IMG/VR virus record: IMGVR_UViG_3300027792_000013
Location: 1-64,000 of that record
Length of the DNA: 64,000 nt
Reading direction: 5' to 3' (one strand)
Source: a virus
This document shows, piece after piece, positions 19,407 to 28,490 of this stretch. Below the pieces are notes generated by a model that saw only the letters and a program-made list of their open reading frames with translations, was not told where the DNA came from and did no database searches. Position 1 is the stretch's first letter, and each line of letters opens with the position of its first letter. The translations under genes were made by a program, and so were the position numbers.

Positions 19407-20069
19407 TCAGATTTTCCAGTACTTCTTGATGAGAGAGATTGCTGCCTTCCAGTCTTCTGTCAATTCACCTCCATCCAAATGAACATCGAGTTCTTCCAGA
19501 AAATCAGAAATGATCTGCTTTTCTTCTTCCTTGCGCTGTTTGGTTTTGGAAGACTCAACCGTGATTCCTTTTTTGCCTTCCAGGATTTCCTTTTTTTCGG
19601 AAGCCGTGGTTGAATTGATAAGCTTTATCCGATTGAGAACTGTCATCTCGGATTTTCCGATTTTGGAAGCGATGTCCTTGAGTTCCCAGCCCATGTTCTG
19701 CAAACGAATGAACAATTTGCCTTCTTCAATGGGATTGAATTTCAACCCATCATTACTGACGTATGATCGAACCAAAGACTCATCTTCGCTCAAATTCTTT
19801 TCGACCCGAACCGGTACCGTTTTGATGTCAACCCCTTCGTTGATCAAAAACATAACGGCTCGGAGACGACGCTCACCATCAATCAAAACAAATTCTTCAT
19901 CGTTCTGGCTGATTGTTAATGGACAATGGCTATAAAAACCATTAGTCCTGATAGAAGCGATCATTTCCTCCATCCCGGTCTCAAAATCTTCTCGGGGATT
20001 GTATCCCTGCTTGATTTTGACTTCTCGTGGGTCAATGTTTGCCCATCCACAAGCTCTGAAATTACTCAT
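19407..20069 (-). CDS. ParB/Spo0J-like protein (ParB-N domain plus HTH)
   Basis: YNPR, SIR.NG, LIDGERRLRA Arg patch, NPIEEG, IASKIGKS.MTV.NRI HTH. Confidence 0.85.
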   Translation of the reverse strand: MSNFRACGWANIDPREVKIKQGYNPREDFETGMEEMIASIRTNGFYSHCPLTISQNDEEFVLIDGERRLRAVMFLINEGVDIKTVPVRVEKNLSEDESLVRSYVSNDGLKFNPIEEGKLFIRLQNMGWELKDIASKIGKSEMTVLNRIKLINSTTASEKKEILEGKKGITVESSKTKQRKEEEKQIISDFLEELDVHLDGGELTEDWKAAISLIKKYWKI

Positions 20070-20116
20070 ATTGTAAACCTCCTAAAGAACTTATTATTAA
20101 GTTCTTCTATACATAT

Positions 20117-20164
20117 ATTATAATATAAATACATTTAAAATTCAATAAAAATTTTTATTTTGTT
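20117..20164 (-). promoter_or_regulatory. Class I promoter: A/T-tract UP element, TTGAAT-N17-TATAAT
   Basis: ACAAAATAAAAATTTTTATTGA...TATATTATAAT, repeated at 4 sites. Confidence 0.7.
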
Positions 20165-20316
20165 TTATTTTCATAAAAAATAAAACCAGTGGAACAAATG
20201 AACCCAAAAACAAAGGCCGTTGATTTGTTATGTGGTAACAAAACTGAAACCACAACTACGAAAAACAAGGTGAAGACCACGAATCCGATTAACCAACAAA
20301 TAAAAAGGTTTTTCAT
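20155..20316 (-). CDS. Small membrane protein (53 aa), not in the ORF track
   Basis: GGAG RBS, class II promoter upstream, MKNLFICWLIGFVVFTLFFVVVVSVLL. Confidence 0.5.
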   Translation of the reverse strand: MKNLFICWLIGFVVFTLFFVVVVSVLLPHNKSTAFVFGFICSTGFIFYENKTK

Positions 20317-20335
20317 ATTATAAACTCCAAATTAT

Positions 20336-20364
20336 ATTATATTATGAAATCACAAATAACTTTA
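20336..20364 (-). promoter_or_regulatory. Class II promoter TAAAGT-N17-TATAAT
   Basis: Exact motif and spacing. Confidence 0.6.
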
Positions 20365-20371
20365 TAAAAAT

Positions 20372-21262
20372 TCATTTTTTGAAAAATTCTTCTGTTGGAT
20401 TATGTTTTTGTAAGGTATGTTTTGTATATTTTCTTGTTGGTTTTGGTGAATCAATTGACTGCGGTTTTGCTTTTTCCTGTATTAAAGATGTTGTAATAAT
20501 AACAAATGCTATAGCCAGAGGATCTAAAACTAAAACAATAAAAATGATAAAAATATTCACAACTTGATTTGCTTTAATTTTAAAAAGTTTTGCTATATAT
20601 CTAAGTGGCCCAATATCGGCCTCGTTTATTTTTTTAGACAATTGATTTTTTGATAGTTTCAGGTCTCGAATTGAATTATTAAAACCATTGATTTCGGTAA
20701 TAATTGAAGAAATCTGTTGATTCAAAGATTTTATTTCGTTATCGGCTTCGCTAATATCCCTTCTGATATTATTGATCATTCTTCGATCAGATCTTTCAGT
20801 CACAGAAGACAATCTTTGTTCTTGTGATGTTCTGGTATTATTTAGCATTCTGATTCTACTCTGCAAATCGATCATTTGTTGTTCTTTAATTCTGATTTGC
20901 TGAAACAACAATCCTTGTTGATCATCTAGTGTTGAACTATCGGTTTCTAGTTTTTCAACTTCGCCCGCTCTTGTCTGATAAGCATTACTCAGAAATCCAT
21001 ATACGCCCCAACTAGTCGCTATCATTAAAACTATTATGGCTAAGGTTACATAGGTACCTAAAAATTTATTCACCTTTTTTCGATATTGATACAAATATGA
21101 GGTGATTATAATTTTTGAAAACTCGAGACTACTAGCCATAATAATAGCTGCATTTGTTGCTCCTGCTAGCATTTTTGAAATTCCAAATACACTAAAATAT
21201 GCGGCACAGCCACCAAGAAGAACGGCACAAAATCCAGTGATATGATAAAATTTTAATTTCAT
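20372..21262 (-). CDS. Membrane protein with 3 N-terminal TMs, long coiled coil and C-terminal TM
   Basis: AAYFSVFG, LEFSK, GVYGFLS.AYQ, IGPLRYIA, VLDPLAI motifs. Confidence 0.7.
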   Translation of the reverse strand: MKLKFYHITGFCAVLLGGCAAYFSVFGISKMLAGATNAAIIMASSLEFSKIIITSYLYQYRKKVNKFLGTYVTLAIIVLMIATSWGVYGFLSNAYQTRAGEVEKLETDSSTLDDQQGLLFQQIRIKEQQMIDLQSRIRMLNNTRTSQEQRLSSVTERSDRRMINNIRRDISEADNEIKSLNQQISSIITEINGFNNSIRDLKLSKNQLSKKINEADIGPLRYIAKLFKIKANQVVNIFIIFIVLVLDPLAIAFVIITTSLIQEKAKPQSIDSPKPTRKYTKHTLQKHNPTEEFFKK

Positions 21263-21708
21263 TGGTCAGATTTTCTTATTGTTAGTGGAATATATGGATA
21301 ATATATAGGTCCATTTATTACCGTTGCCACTTGTTGCTTTTGTTTCGCAATGAATTCAATAATTTCAGCAGAATTAATTACAGATTTTATTTCCCATTCA
21401 TGCTTTTCATCATGTTTTAGAACCTTAAGTTTATCAAACTTTGTTTCCGCAATTGACTCATCCAAAATTTTTATATGCCCCCAACGTTGAAGCAAAGTTG
21501 TTACGGAGTGTAGTTTTGCTATATCAGATTTGTCTAAAGGTTGCCCAATAATTTCTTTGTAGTGGGCAATAAAGTAATGATTGTATATACGTAGAACAAA
21601 ACAGATTTGATAAAAAATTTTAGTTTTGTTTTTTGGTACACCAATTCGTTCTAAGGTTTCCATTACAATACGAAACTTGCTATTGTCTAAACTATTTATT
21701 TCTATCAT
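21259..21708 (-). CDS. regA: Translational repressor RegA
   Basis: F..V.ETL.RIG......YQ.C..L.....Y.I.H.KE; LL..WG; K.EW. Confidence 0.85.
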   Translation of the reverse strand: MIEINSLDNSKFRIVMETLERIGVPKNKTKIFYQICFVLRIYNHYFIAHYKEIIGQPLDKSDIAKLHSVTTLLQRWGHIKILDESIAETKFDKLKVLKHDEKHEWEIKSVINSAEIIEFIAKQKQQVATVINGPIYYPYIPLTIRKSDQ

Positions 21709-21713
21709 ATTTT

Positions 21714-21721
21714 TATTTATA
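21714..21721 (-). promoter_or_regulatory. Putative late promoter TATAAATA 5 nt before the regA ATG
   Basis: Intergenic exact match; an 8-mer alone is weak evidence in AT-rich DNA. Confidence 0.45.
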
Positions 21722-21742
21722 TATTTTAATAAGTTTTTAACA

Positions 21743-22195
21743 TTAACTTAATGTTTTACCCATTAATTTTTTAGGAGGTTGTAATGGACCATACCATTTA
21801 AAACCTTCACATGATTTTTTTGTAACAGGTCTCGCAAGCGCAATTTGTAAAAAAATATAAAGTTGTCGGTCATGTGGAAATCTAAATAATTTTACAAATT
21901 GCGCACCAATAAAATACGGAGCTATGCACCAATACCATCCTTTCATAATTGGAATTTTTTCTCTATATTTTTTAGATGTTTCAACAGGTGCTCGTAAGGG
22001 ACCTACCCATTGATATTCACGAGATTTTACATTTACTCCAAAGTGAAGAAGCCACTGTAATTCTTGTTTAACATCCCAATTTGGGGTTCCGTGCTTAAAC
22101 TTAATGGTTGGCATAAAATTAACCTGTAAAATGAAAGGATCACCTTTATCTTTGACCCAATAATATCCGGGTTTAGTTGGTGGTATATATTTCAT
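21743..22195 (-). CDS. Hypothetical protein made of two tandem P..PG.YW...W.GPL..P domains
   Basis: PTKPGYYW..WVGPLRAP and PIMKGWYW..WYGPLQPP. Confidence 0.6.
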   Translation of the reverse strand: MKYIPPTKPGYYWVKDKGDPFILQVNFMPTIKFKHGTPNWDVKQELQWLLHFGVNVKSREYQWVGPLRAPVETSKKYREKIPIMKGWYWCIAPYFIGAQFVKLFRFPHDRQLYIFLQIALARPVTKKSCEGFKWYGPLQPPKKLMGKTLS

Positions 22196-22201
22196 TTTTC
22201 C

Positions 22202-22453
22202 TCAATGTGGGCACTTTATTCGTATTAAACTTCCATTTAATTTCCAAACCATAATTTCTTCTGATTCTCTTAAATTATTTTCAAAGTTATATTCTGTTCC
22301 ACAATAATCACAACTATAACCTCTAATTGGCGCTCCACAATTTCGGCAATTAGAGCTATAATTAGAGCTATAATTAGAGCTATAATTAGAGCTATAATTT
22401 TTTGATTGAAATGGCATAGGTGGTAGTATGTATCCCATATTATGTTTTCCCAT
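22202..22453 (-). CDS. Zn-ribbon protein with SSNY repeat
   Basis: CRNCGAP...CDYCG. Confidence 0.6.
   Translation of the reverse strand: MGKHNMGYILPPMPFQSKNYSSNYSSNYSSNYSSNCRNCGAPIRGYSCDYCGTEYNFENNLRESEEIMVWKLNGSLIRIKCPH
22348..22399. repeat. 12-bp tandem repeat (AATTAGAGCTAT x4.3)
   Basis: Four perfect copies encoding NYSS. Confidence 0.9.
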
Positions 22454-22667
22454 TTTCTTTTATATAACACAATGGGGTCTTCTTTGGTTTTACAGGGGGA
22501 GTGCCCATTCCAATTGCAGTATTCACGTTACCTTTGAATTCCCCGGCTTGATATCCAAATGTGTTAGATGAAAAGTCAGGTCTTTTTTCGTTGCCTTCAA
22601 TCCAAGATCCACAATAAGGACATTTTGATTTCCATCGGATCTCTTTCTTACATTTTTGACATTTCAT
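22440..22667 (-). CDS. Small Zn-ribbon protein
   Basis: CQKC...CPYCG. Confidence 0.55.
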   Translation of the reverse strand: MKCQKCKKEIRWKSKCPYCGSWIEGNEKRPDFSSNTFGYQAGEFKGNVNTAIGMGTPPVKPKKTPLCYIKENGKT

Positions 22668-22696
22668 TTTTTTGCCATTTTTTAATCTTTTTCATT

Positions 22697-22725
22697 ATTA
22701 TATTATATTTTATGTTATAACTTAA
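22697..22725 (-). promoter_or_regulatory. Class II promoter TTAAGT-N17-TATAAT
   Basis: Exact motif and spacing. Confidence 0.6.
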
Positions 22726-22743
22726 TTGATCGATTCTATCCTC

Positions 22744-23097
22744 CTATTTTATTCGTGCGTTGCTGTACGCACAGTACCCTAAAAATGCTGATAGTGCAAA
22801 GTTGCAAACTATCGGCAACCACCGGTTCTGCCTGCGAACCCTGGACATCCCCCAGATAATCAACTCCCCGGCAATTATTTTTGTAACTAATGCCAATGTA
22901 TCATTTTTATATAGTGGTCTAAACAACACATTAGATTCATAGGTACCAGGAATGTCCAGCGCCCGTATGGAGCTGTACCAATCCAAGGTATTTGTAGCTC
23001 GAAGTGTCCACTTGCTTGCTTCCCAAATGACATCACTTCCTATCAAATAGGGGGTGCAAAACAATAGAATTATAACAATAGTTTTTTTCATTGTCAT
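22744..23097 (-). CDS. Putative membrane or secreted protein
   Basis: Signal-like N-terminus and two hydrophobic segments. Confidence 0.5.
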   Translation of the reverse strand: MTMKKTIVIILLFCTPYLIGSDVIWEASKWTLRATNTLDWYSSIRALDIPGTYESNVLFRPLYKNDTLALVTKIIAGELIIWGMSRVRRQNRWLPIVCNFALSAFLGYCAYSNARIK

Positions 23098-23549
23098 AAC
23101 CCTTCTTCCTTTAACATGTTAGTTATTTGAGGATTTGACATTGCAATATCCAAAAACTCAATTCTCTCCCATATCTTTTCCGAAGTCAATACTTTTATCG
23201 CCCTGTCAATATAAAAGGCTATGAAAAGATCCAATTTAAATAACGGAGTAAAAAAACGCCCCGGCTCTGTACTTCGGATTAACCGAAGTTTTTTTCCTAG
23301 ACTAATTTTTGCGTTTTCCACGATTTGTGGCAGAGCTTTGTGGACCTCTGTCACAAACTTTTTGTTAAAAACAATGGGATTTTGACACGAGGAAAGTTCC
23401 CTGGTCAGCATATCCAGTGCTTTCCAGTCCTCTGAACAAACCTGAATGAGCTCTGTAACCGACATATCCCGAAATTTCGGGACATCCTCATTCTCCCAAC
23501 ATCTTTGGTAGACGTCGGGAGCGTGTGGATAATGAAACTTCTTGTTCAT
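23094..23549 (-). CDS. Hypothetical protein behind a class I promoter
   Basis: AGGAG RBS; 151 aa. Confidence 0.6.
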   Translation of the reverse strand: MNKKFHYPHAPDVYQRCWENEDVPKFRDMSVTELIQVCSEDWKALDMLTRELSSCQNPIVFNKKFVTEVHKALPQIVENAKISLGKKLRLIRSTEPGRFFTPLFKLDLFIAFYIDRAIKVLTSEKIWERIEFLDIAMSNPQITNMLKEEGL

Positions 23550-23583
23550 TTTTGAACTCCTTATTAACTTTCTCCATATATTT

Positions 23584-23636
23584 ATTATAATATAAATTGA
23601 GAGAAAATCAATAAAAATTTTTATTTTGTTAAATTT
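23584..23636 (-). promoter_or_regulatory. Class I promoter: UP element, TTGATT-N16-TATAAT
   Basis: TTTAACAAAATAAAAATTTTTATTGATT...TATATTATAAT. Confidence 0.7.
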
Positions 23637-23642
23637 TATATA

Positions 23643-24653
23643 TTAAAATAGACCAAATAGAGATTGTTTACGAATAATAACTTTATCCTCATTATTAACT
23701 TCTCGTAAACAATACGGGGAAATAAATAAACATTCCCTATGTCGATTGACCATACCAGAGGTAATTTTACCCCCACCCAAATTTCCATATCCGCCACCAG
23801 CACTCCATTTATGTATCTTCCACCCAGACTCAACTAAAGATTTGTATTCAGTATCATATCCGGCCACTATTATTCTGTGAGTTTTCTTCTCCCCACGTAT
23901 CAAACACCATTTTTCAACATCATGAGAAACAGTAAGAGATTCTTTATGGTAAACTCTAGTATCTCTATCAGGATCGCCATACGGTGGATCAAAAAATATG
24001 CCGACCGTTCCCATGTTATCCTGCCAATTCCCGCCACATACACGACTCCAATCCCCACAGACCACTCGAACATAGCGCAATCGTTCTGATAGTCGGCGGA
24101 ACCAATCGTAGATATTGGTGTTGTACGAATCGGTAACCCTTTTCCCAGTGCCCATCGGATGTGGGAGCTTGTGTACCCCCTTCCCCGCATTGGTCAGGTG
24201 CGGGATCGACCCAACCCTAGTCAGCCCCGAACCAATCCAACACGACGCAGCCCATATCCAATACCCAGCCATTACTGGATCAAACCATTTATCGTCACTC
24301 AGCAACCCATCAATGAGCTTGCCCTCATTTGCGATCAGCGCTTTTTTCCTGGCCGACAAGTCGGCATGATTCACCGGCCAATCACACCACTTTGCGACCT
24401 CATCCGGCGCGAATTGCAAAGACCGCCATACATTCGCCACGTGCCCGTCCGCGTCACATACCGTTTCGACATGTGTTTGCTGGTCATAATCCGGCCTGCG
24501 CAATAATACCGCACCTGAACCGAAAAACGGTTCAATATAATGTTTGACATAGCCAAGAAACTTCCAAACTTTTTCGGCGATTATTGATTTACCCCCAAAA
24601 TAAGGGAAAGGTGCTGATAGTTTCACTTCATTGTCATTATATAACTGTTCCAT
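23643..24653 (-). CDS. DNA adenine methyltransferase (Dam/D12 class)
   Basis: PFPYFGGKS, EPFFGSGAV, DPPY; core visibly GC-richer than the genome. Confidence 0.9.
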   Translation of the reverse strand: MEQLYNDNEVKLSAPFPYFGGKSIIAEKVWKFLGYVKHYIEPFFGSGAVLLRRPDYDQQTHVETVCDADGHVANVWRSLQFAPDEVAKWCDWPVNHADLSARKKALIANEGKLIDGLLSDDKWFDPVMAGYWIWAASCWIGSGLTRVGSIPHLTNAGKGVHKLPHPMGTGKRVTDSYNTNIYDWFRRLSERLRYVRVVCGDWSRVCGGNWQDNMGTVGIFFDPPYGDPDRDTRVYHKESLTVSHDVEKWCLIRGEKKTHRIIVAGYDTEYKSLVESGWKIHKWSAGGGYGNLGGGKITSGMVNRHRECLFISPYCLREVNNEDKVIIRKQSLFGLF

Positions 24654-24705
24654 TTTTTACTATTCTTCAAATACTAAATACAATCCAAATAACAAGTAAA
24701 AATCG

Positions 24706-24972
24706 TCATGTTATTTTATCCTCTGGTAAAATTTCTACGGGCCAGATAATCGGGGTACATCCGCAATTAATACGAATAGCCGGGGAAGTCATTCCAAAAT
24801 TATCCCACGTCCATATACGGTCAAATTTTAATTCCGTCAAATCGTCATTAGACTGTACATACCCTGGCTCAAGTAATGGACATAATGAAGAACAGTGGAT
24901 TTCATGCCCCACTGCCCTTATACAAAGCAATTCCATAACAAAAATATCAGCTTTTTTTCTAATTTTTACCAT
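24706..24972 (-). CDS. Hypothetical protein
   Basis: 88-aa ORF. Confidence 0.4.
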   Translation of the reverse strand: MVKIRKKADIFVMELLCIRAVGHEIHCSSLCPLLEPGYVQSNDDLTELKFDRIWTWDNFGMTSPAIRINCGCTPIIWPVEILPEDKIT

Positions 24973-25490
24973 TCTGAATTTTTCTCCTCAAAAGCTTCTT
25001 GTCTTGTTATTATAGAAAGATATTTTGGTGAAGATCTTTGATATTGCTCAGGTACCCCATCCATAAATTCTGGCCATAAATTCAAGTTAAAATCTCCGTA
25101 TAATGTATCTGGTTGATTTTGCCAACATTCAAATACGAAATTAAAAATTGGTTCTGCTTCGAACCAACTCTGACATGCAATAAAATTTGCTTTTTTATGA
25201 AGCATAAAAATTCTTCGTGCAACGGATTTTCTCCATTCATCTAATTTAACAGTGGCCATGTGAACATCAAAAATCTTACCGTGTCTACGTTGATCATCGA
25301 AATCAATTGCTTCAACAACAATACCGGAATTCAACTCATCAAATGCTGGTATTATTCCCAAAAATTTTCGCCATCTTTTTTCTTCGTTTTCCGGTATTTG
25401 TAACATCAACCCCGGCATACAATGTAAAAGATCTTCTGCCAATACCCTAACTATAATTTTTCCGTTGGTATTAATGCCTATGATTTCCAT
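24966..25490 (-). CDS. Hypothetical protein
   Basis: GAGGAG RBS; 174 aa. Confidence 0.55.
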   Translation of the reverse strand: MEIIGINTNGKIIVRVLAEDLLHCMPGLMLQIPENEEKRWRKFLGIIPAFDELNSGIVVEAIDFDDQRRHGKIFDVHMATVKLDEWRKSVARRIFMLHKKANFIACQSWFEAEPIFNFVFECWQNQPDTLYGDFNLNLWPEFMDGVPEQYQRSSPKYLSIITRQEAFEEKNSEW

Positions 25491-25559
25491 TTTTCTCCTC
25501 TAATGCTTTTTCAATCGTCCACCAAATAACAACAATAAAAATCATTACTATTAAAAAAA

Positions 25560-25961
25560 TCATTGGTGTTCTCCTAAATGTAAATGCATTTTTGAAAACT
25601 CTTCGGTAGAATATACAACAACTTTACACCCAAACCCTCGCAAAAATGCTTGACATTTTGGACATGGTTTTGAATTCTTTAATTTACCAGATTTCGTCAT
25701 TCTGATATTAATTATCTCAAATGGAAGCTGATGGTTTAGAAGTCCTTTTGCTAATTTACATGCCATGAATTCACTGTGGTACATTTGATAGTTAGCATAT
25801 CTTGTTCCATTTATCATTGTTCCAGATTTGTTGGTAGACCAAGTTACCAATTTGTTTTCCTGGATAATGAAAGTATAATGTTTGTGTCCGTCTTTGCGCT
25901 GGTGGTTTGGTAAATGATTTTTAGCAATTCGCAAACATGTTCGTATAATGCTTTTATTCAT
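25560..25961 (-). CDS. Zn-dependent nucleotide/nucleic-acid deaminase (CDA fold)
   Basis: HSE and SKPCPKC motifs (HxE...PCxxC). Confidence 0.75.
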   Translation of the reverse strand: MNKSIIRTCLRIAKNHLPNHQRKDGHKHYTFIIQENKLVTWSTNKSGTMINGTRYANYQMYHSEFMACKLAKGLLNHQLPFEIINIRMTKSGKLKNSKPCPKCQAFLRGFGCKVVVYSTEEFSKMHLHLGEHQ

Positions 25962-25983
25962 TTTTCACCACATATAAATTTTA

Positions 25984-26055
25984 TGGGCCTACCAGGAGTT
26001 GAACCCGGAACGCTTCGGTTATGAGCCGAGTGATCTACCATTGATCTATAGGCCC
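25984..26055 (-). tRNA. tRNA with CAT anticodon, probably tRNA-Ile2 (lysidine type); Met not excluded
   Basis: GGGCCTATAGATCAATGGTAGATCACTCGGCTCATAACCGAAGCGTTCCGGGTTCAACTCCTGGTAGGCCCA folds into a cloverleaf; GGGCCT acceptor stem and A discriminator resemble Ile tRNAs; no encoded CCA. Confidence 0.9.
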
Positions 26056-26621
26056 TTTTCATTTTCTGAATACCCCGATATTTCTGCAAAATATTTTTCG
26101 GCTCTTTCTTTGATTTTGTTTTCAATAGTAACAATTGAGATTGGGAAAAAATTATTGTTGTCTACTCCTACATCAAACTTTAAGTTATCGTAATAAAGTC
26201 TATCACTTCGGGAATTATTTTCTCCATGACAATGCCCATGTAAATGAATATAGGCTTTGTCCTTTCCTTCCCAAGAAAAAATTGGATAATGAAATAATAC
26301 ATATCGATGATTTTCATATTTAAGAACATAATAGTCTTTAACAAATTCAAACGAGTTTTTTTGTTCTGTGTTTGGTGAATCGTGGTTACCTAAAATCCAA
26401 TGTTTTTTGCCATTTAACCTTTTAATCAGTTCCGTTGTTGGTTTAGTTTTCCCTAAAGACAAATCACCCAAAAAATATATGATATCATTTTTTGCTATTG
26501 TGTTATTCCAATTATCGATAAGAGTTTCGTGCATTTCCTCAAGGCCCAAAAATGGTCTACCTGCTCCCGCAGTCAAAATCTTTTCATGAAAAAAATGAGT
26601 ATCTGATGTAAACCAAATCAT
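26046..26621 (-). CDS. Calcineurin-like metallophosphoesterase (copy 2)
   Basis: FTSDTHFFH, FLGD, GNHD, LFHYP, LHGHCH, DVGVD. Confidence 0.88.
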   Translation of the reverse strand: MIWFTSDTHFFHEKILTAGAGRPFLGLEEMHETLIDNWNNTIAKNDIIYFLGDLSLGKTKPTTELIKRLNGKKHWILGNHDSPNTEQKNSFEFVKDYYVLKYENHRYVLFHYPIFSWEGKDKAYIHLHGHCHGENNSRSDRLYYDNLKFDVGVDNNNFFPISIVTIENKIKERAEKYFAEISGYSENEKGL

Positions 26622-27109
26622 TTTAAATCTCCACTTTTAAATCGTTTTATAATTTTATTGGTTTTAAATGGGGTTGGTATTTTAGGAATTGGTGTTGGTG
26701 TCACAGAAACAGGTGGATTCAACTTTGGCAATTCTTTTGTTACATTTTTACAAATTTGTTTTATTATGTTTTCCCATTTTTTAATTGCTTTTTTTCCATG
26801 ATCTATATTTAGAGGAGCCATCATTGCTAATTGTTTTGGATGGACTTCTTCTGGTTTCCATTGACCTTCTAAATTATAACATGAACAATGTGATGCTTGA
26901 TTGTAATATAATTTCTTATCTCTTTTGTATAAAATAATTGCATCGGCACAATCTCCTGTATCAATATAAGATGCAAATAAAATTTCTTTGTCAGTTGGGA
27001 AATCAATGATATGAAGTTCAACTAATATATCATGGACAGTAAATGGAGTTTCAATAAATGAATCATGAACTTCTTTTATATTCGCCCATTTGTTAAAATA
27101 TTTTGTCAT
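26618..27109 (-). CDS. Phage hypothetical protein
   Basis: ILFASY...A.ILY.RD.KLY...ASHCSCY.LEGQW.PEE; Pro-rich tail. Confidence 0.6.
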   Translation of the reverse strand: MTKYFNKWANIKEVHDSFIETPFTVHDILVELHIIDFPTDKEILFASYIDTGDCADAIILYKRDKKLYYNQASHCSCYNLEGQWKPEEVHPKQLAMMAPLNIDHGKKAIKKWENIIKQICKNVTKELPKLNPPVSVTPTPIPKIPTPFKTNKIIKRFKSGDLK

Positions 27110-27504
27110 TTTTGAACTCCACCATAATCCAAAGATTTTTGCAAATCTTGAAGTCTCTTTTTAATCATAGGAAATATTTTCTCAATTTTTTTCAATGAGT
27201 ATTCCGGAAGAAATAGTTTTGCCACTTCAATGAGCTCTTGATGCTCTACTTGTTTTTCTTTTTTCAAATCTAGAAATGGTGCCTTTTTGAGTTTGTCACA
27301 ACCATAAAAATAGAACATATACACCGCCATTTTTTGCTGTGCCAATCCCCAGGTATTGACAGCATCAGCTAGAAATATATTCATTCTATCATGGGACATA
27401 ATTCTATTGAAACCCATAACATCAAAACTTTCCTGGATTATTTCATCAGAAAGCTTCTCTTTTTCGGTAATAACATTTCGGTAGATATCAAATACTGTTG
27501 CCAT
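27106..27504 (-). CDS. gp62: Clamp-loader small subunit (T4 gp62-like)
   Basis: Size, FD....I, NR.MS, and C-terminal GG typical of gp62; near gp44. Confidence 0.65.
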   Translation of the reverse strand: MATVFDIYRNVITEKEKLSDEIIQESFDVMGFNRIMSHDRMNIFLADAVNTWGLAQQKMAVYMFYFYGCDKLKKAPFLDLKKEKQVEHQELIEVAKLFLPEYSLKKIEKIFPMIKKRLQDLQKSLDYGGVQK

Positions 27505-27509
27505 GGTAG

Positions 27510-28469
27510 TTAAAACATAAATTCGTTAGAAAGCATTAGAGACTTTTGAACTCGTTCATTGCCATTTGAAATCACCTGAAATGCCTTTAACAGCATATTG
27601 TAAATAGCCCAGCAAGTATCAACATTCTCATTGTACAAAATATTTTCGTAATATTCATCCCAGGTTTCCTTTAGTTTCTTTTTGTTTTTTAGATTTTTAT
27701 CTTTTCCAGAAAAGTAATTGGTGTAAAAATCAAATCCCTTAACAGAAATATCATAGCTTGCATCGGAGGAACCCGGCAAACAAGTTAAACATGGAATCTT
27801 TGAATATTTTTGAATTAAACAAAGTGCAATTGTAAATTCTTGTCTGGTTAAAAGGGACCAAAAACCCGCCGATATTTTGGAATCAATTCCTTCGGTTGAC
27901 ATGTCTTTGATTCTATCTGAAATTTTTGTCAACCGATCGTTTTCGAGCATTGATTTGATCATAATGTCAACAATTTCATTCAACTCTTTTTGAAAATTTC
28001 CTTTGTAGTGTTTGATTTGAATTTCGGCCACATTTTCTGATGGAACAACAATCATGTTCGAACAAATATAACGAAATAGGCCCAATCGAAACTTCAATCT
28101 GGTCAATCCATCATATGAATTTGTAACAACCAAAGTTACTCCCATATCATCTACTTTGATATCAGGGAATCCAAAAACCATTTGAAACATTGCGTTCTTT
28201 TTCTGCGATGACAATTCCGGAATAAAAATTGGTTTGGGATTATTAAATGTTTCAATTGCGTTTTTTAGATCCAAATTTTTGATTATTGGGTACAAATTCG
28301 TTCTCACGGAAATTGGGGATGCATCACCATCAGTTTTCTCTCGATATAAAATTTTCCATTTTGTTGCTTTACCTTTCAGCAAAACATTTTCAACTTTTGG
28401 TTCAAAAAACAAATCCTCGTTGTTGATTGGAAACCATTCAATATTTTTTGAAAAATCTAAGTTTACCAT
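27510..28469 (-). CDS. DUF932-family protein
   Basis: VTNSYDG...LKF.LGLFRYICSNM.V signature; WAIYN near the C-terminus. Confidence 0.75.
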   Translation of the reverse strand: MVNLDFSKNIEWFPINNEDLFFEPKVENVLLKGKATKWKILYREKTDGDASPISVRTNLYPIIKNLDLKNAIETFNNPKPIFIPELSSQKKNAMFQMVFGFPDIKVDDMGVTLVVTNSYDGLTRLKFRLGLFRYICSNMIVVPSENVAEIQIKHYKGNFQKELNEIVDIMIKSMLENDRLTKISDRIKDMSTEGIDSKISAGFWSLLTRQEFTIALCLIQKYSKIPCLTCLPGSSDASYDISVKGFDFYTNYFSGKDKNLKNKKKLKETWDEYYENILYNENVDTCWAIYNMLLKAFQVISNGNERVQKSLMLSNEFMF

Positions 28470-28490
28470 TTTAAACCTCCAATAAATTTT

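Noticed and set aside
22348-22399. CRISPR-like array
   Set aside because: 12-bp units with no spacers, in frame within a CDS; no CRISPR array seen anywhere in the window
23877-24556. Several overlapping ORFs inside the Dam gene
   Set aside because: Expected from locally higher GC; no RBS or motifs
25999-26193. Plus-strand 64-aa ORF
   Set aside because: Antisense to the tRNA and phosphoesterase; a shadow ORF
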